Source: Lytechinus pictus (Eukaryota). Taken from it: a DNA stretch of 64,000 nucleotides. The stretch covers positions 48,176,001 through 48,240,000 of the forward strand of contig NC_087251.1 in assembly GCF_037042905.1 (NCBI RefSeq), written 5' to 3'. Of this stretch, positions 62,151-64,000 are shown piece after piece (the first letter of the stretch is position 1; each line of letters opens with the position of its first letter). A program made the position numbers and the translations under genes. Below the pieces are notes generated by a model. That model did not search any database. It saw only the letters and a program-made list of their open reading frames with translations, and was not told where the DNA came from.

Positions 62151-62190
62151 TGACTACGACTACTACTACTACTTCTACTACTAATACTAC
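61665..62190. repeat. (ACT)n microsatellite with two insertions
   Basis: Directly visible; interrupted at ~61763-61930 and at 61950-62066. Confidence 0.95.
61950..62066. mobile_element. 117-bp hAT-like hairpin MITE
   Basis: CAGTAGCGTACCGTGA..TCACGGTACGCTACTG; inner mirror ggagacaaagcattggggg/cccccaatgctttgtctcc; both flanks CTACTACT. Confidence 0.85.
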
Positions 62191-63874
62191 GTTTAAAACT
62201 TGTCTTAGAGAAAAAAGTAGAACATATAAGAAATTTACGAACAAGGATTATATATTATATGAAATTTTCGGCCCGTTCCTTGCATGATTGAGAATTTGGT
62301 TCATTATATCAAATAGAGCAAAATCATCCATTATTTTTTATTTTGTTAAGATCTGCAGGAATGAGCCCGAATCATTTGGATTCTCTGCATAAACATTATG
62401 ACTGCCTGATGACCCCCCCCCCCCCCCCGAAAATCTGATTAAACGTGCTCATGAAAATTCGATTTGACAGTTAATGAGTTAGTCTTATAAACGTCAGGAA
62501 TACTCATTTGTACGGGGGCATAATTATCTTGTTATTCTGTGTGTGGCTGGATGATTATTTGATTGGTTGAGTTAATTGACTGGTTGATTGACTAATTCAA
62601 TCATTGAATATTATTCTGTAATGAAAATTTAAACCCAAATTATTAGCAATAATTATGATACATAAATCTACATTATTGGTCGGAGTGTAAGATGTGGGGA
62701 AATCATTAATGTCTTTCGATTTATCTTAGTTTATTACGATTATCATTCTATTCGGAAAGCAACCACTAAAAAGCGTGATTATAATGTTACATTTACTACC
62801 AAATAAAGTATTAAAAAACGAAAATTGACAGCAGAGAAGGCGAAGGGCATAATAAGAAAACAAAAAGACAAGGTGAAATCGGGGAAAACCCGAGCACAAA
62901 CGATTTTAGGGTCTAGTTTATTTGAAGACTTGTTTTGGCCAGACCCGGGGGGGGGGGTGGGCGGTTCAAGTATATTTTGATAAGAGGAGGGGGTGGCAAG
63001 GCGACTTAAGTTGACCTTTTCTCAATATTGAATATCAGTGGTAAATCATGTAGAGTTGCACAACCCAGATCTTTCTTTTTTTATCCTCATCTTCTTTATT
63101 CACTTTTCTTTCATTCACCTTTTTTCTTACAGTACTTGAAAATTCATAAGGGCAGTCGCCCCTTGCCCCTGTGGTGCCGCCCCTCTACCTCAATAATATT
63201 TAGACCAAATGGTAATATGTCAATTTTTTGTCGGAAAAAAAGGTTTCAACAAAATGCCATGATACACAGAAATCACGGGGATTTGACGAGTTGATTTTGA
63301 AGTAAGCTATATGGCTATTTGACAAATATTCATACAAATATTTCTTTAGATATAATTATTGTAATAACAGACTAATAAGCAAGACAAAACTGTTGGTTAT
63401 ATAATGAACACCTAGTGGGCAGAGCCCGGGTTAAAGGCTGGGGTTAAAGGTGGGGCGATTTCCCTCGATTGGGGGTTTCATCTCTCAAATGTAAATATGA
63501 ATAGGGAAGACAAGATTGATGACTCGTGCGGTAATGAATGCGGAAATACAGGCCTCGTTTGTTTAAAGGGCGTGATTTTTTATTGGACACTGGCAAGGCC
63601 CATTTATTCGATGTATGGTTTATTGTAGGTCCATGGTAAGATTAACCTGAGATCCGGCCTTGGATCAATGATTATTCCTGCGATATATCTCTGAATCGCG
63701 GGAATGGGGGGGGGGGGGGGGGGGGGCGGCGCACGGGTCTACCCTCATTGTTAATTGTCAAGTATTCTTTTTTTTGGTCATGCATCCCGGGACTTTGTCA
63801 TCTTGATTATTCAATCTCGGTGCAGGGGCAGCGGATTCTCTTCATCTATGTTTAGTCTATGTTGCCTTTTTTAA

Positions 63875-64000
63875 AGGTTAAGTCCACCCCCAGAATTTTT
63901 TTTATTTGAATCAATAGAGAAAAATCAAACAAGCAATACGCTGAAAATTACGAAATTGTAAAGTTTCGCTTATTTTTCACAAAACGGTTATAATTATGCA
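63875..64000. mobile_element. Start of a TTAA-flanked Kolobok-like MITE, running off the window
   Basis: TTAA|AGGTTAAGTCCACCCC, same terminal style as 32162 and 53911; the other end is not visible. Confidence 0.5.

Overview
AT-rich, repeat-dense, intron-containing animal genomic DNA. The repeat style suggests a sea urchin or other echinoderm, which is an inference. Two spliced protein-coding genes were assembled by hand from GT-AG splice sites with consistent phases, and they are transcribed divergently. SRP14 is on the minus strand: 5 coding exons, 33083 to 17976, 115 aa. SPRTN/Spartan/DVC1 is on the plus strand: 7 coding exons, 51044 to 58643, 720 aa, with an MIU-like N-terminus, SprT HExxH protease, SHP box, PIP-like motif and C-terminal UBZ4. 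Most other recognisable sequence is non-autonomous transposon DNA. The main structures are: (1) a 7.6-kb foldback element (520-8101; TAGT..ACTA ends, 3-bp TTG TSD, Academ-like) with about 20 RFX X-box-type palindromes; (2) a four-level nested transposon stack in SRP14 intron 1; (3) a MITE 80 bp upstream of the SRP14 ATG; (4) a 3.2-kb element with an 8-bp TSD and outward-facing YY1 motifs between the two genes; (5) MITEs inserted in (ACT)n microsatellites. No intact transposase, rRNA, genuine tRNA or CRISPR was found. TE superfamily calls rest only on terminal and TSD signatures.
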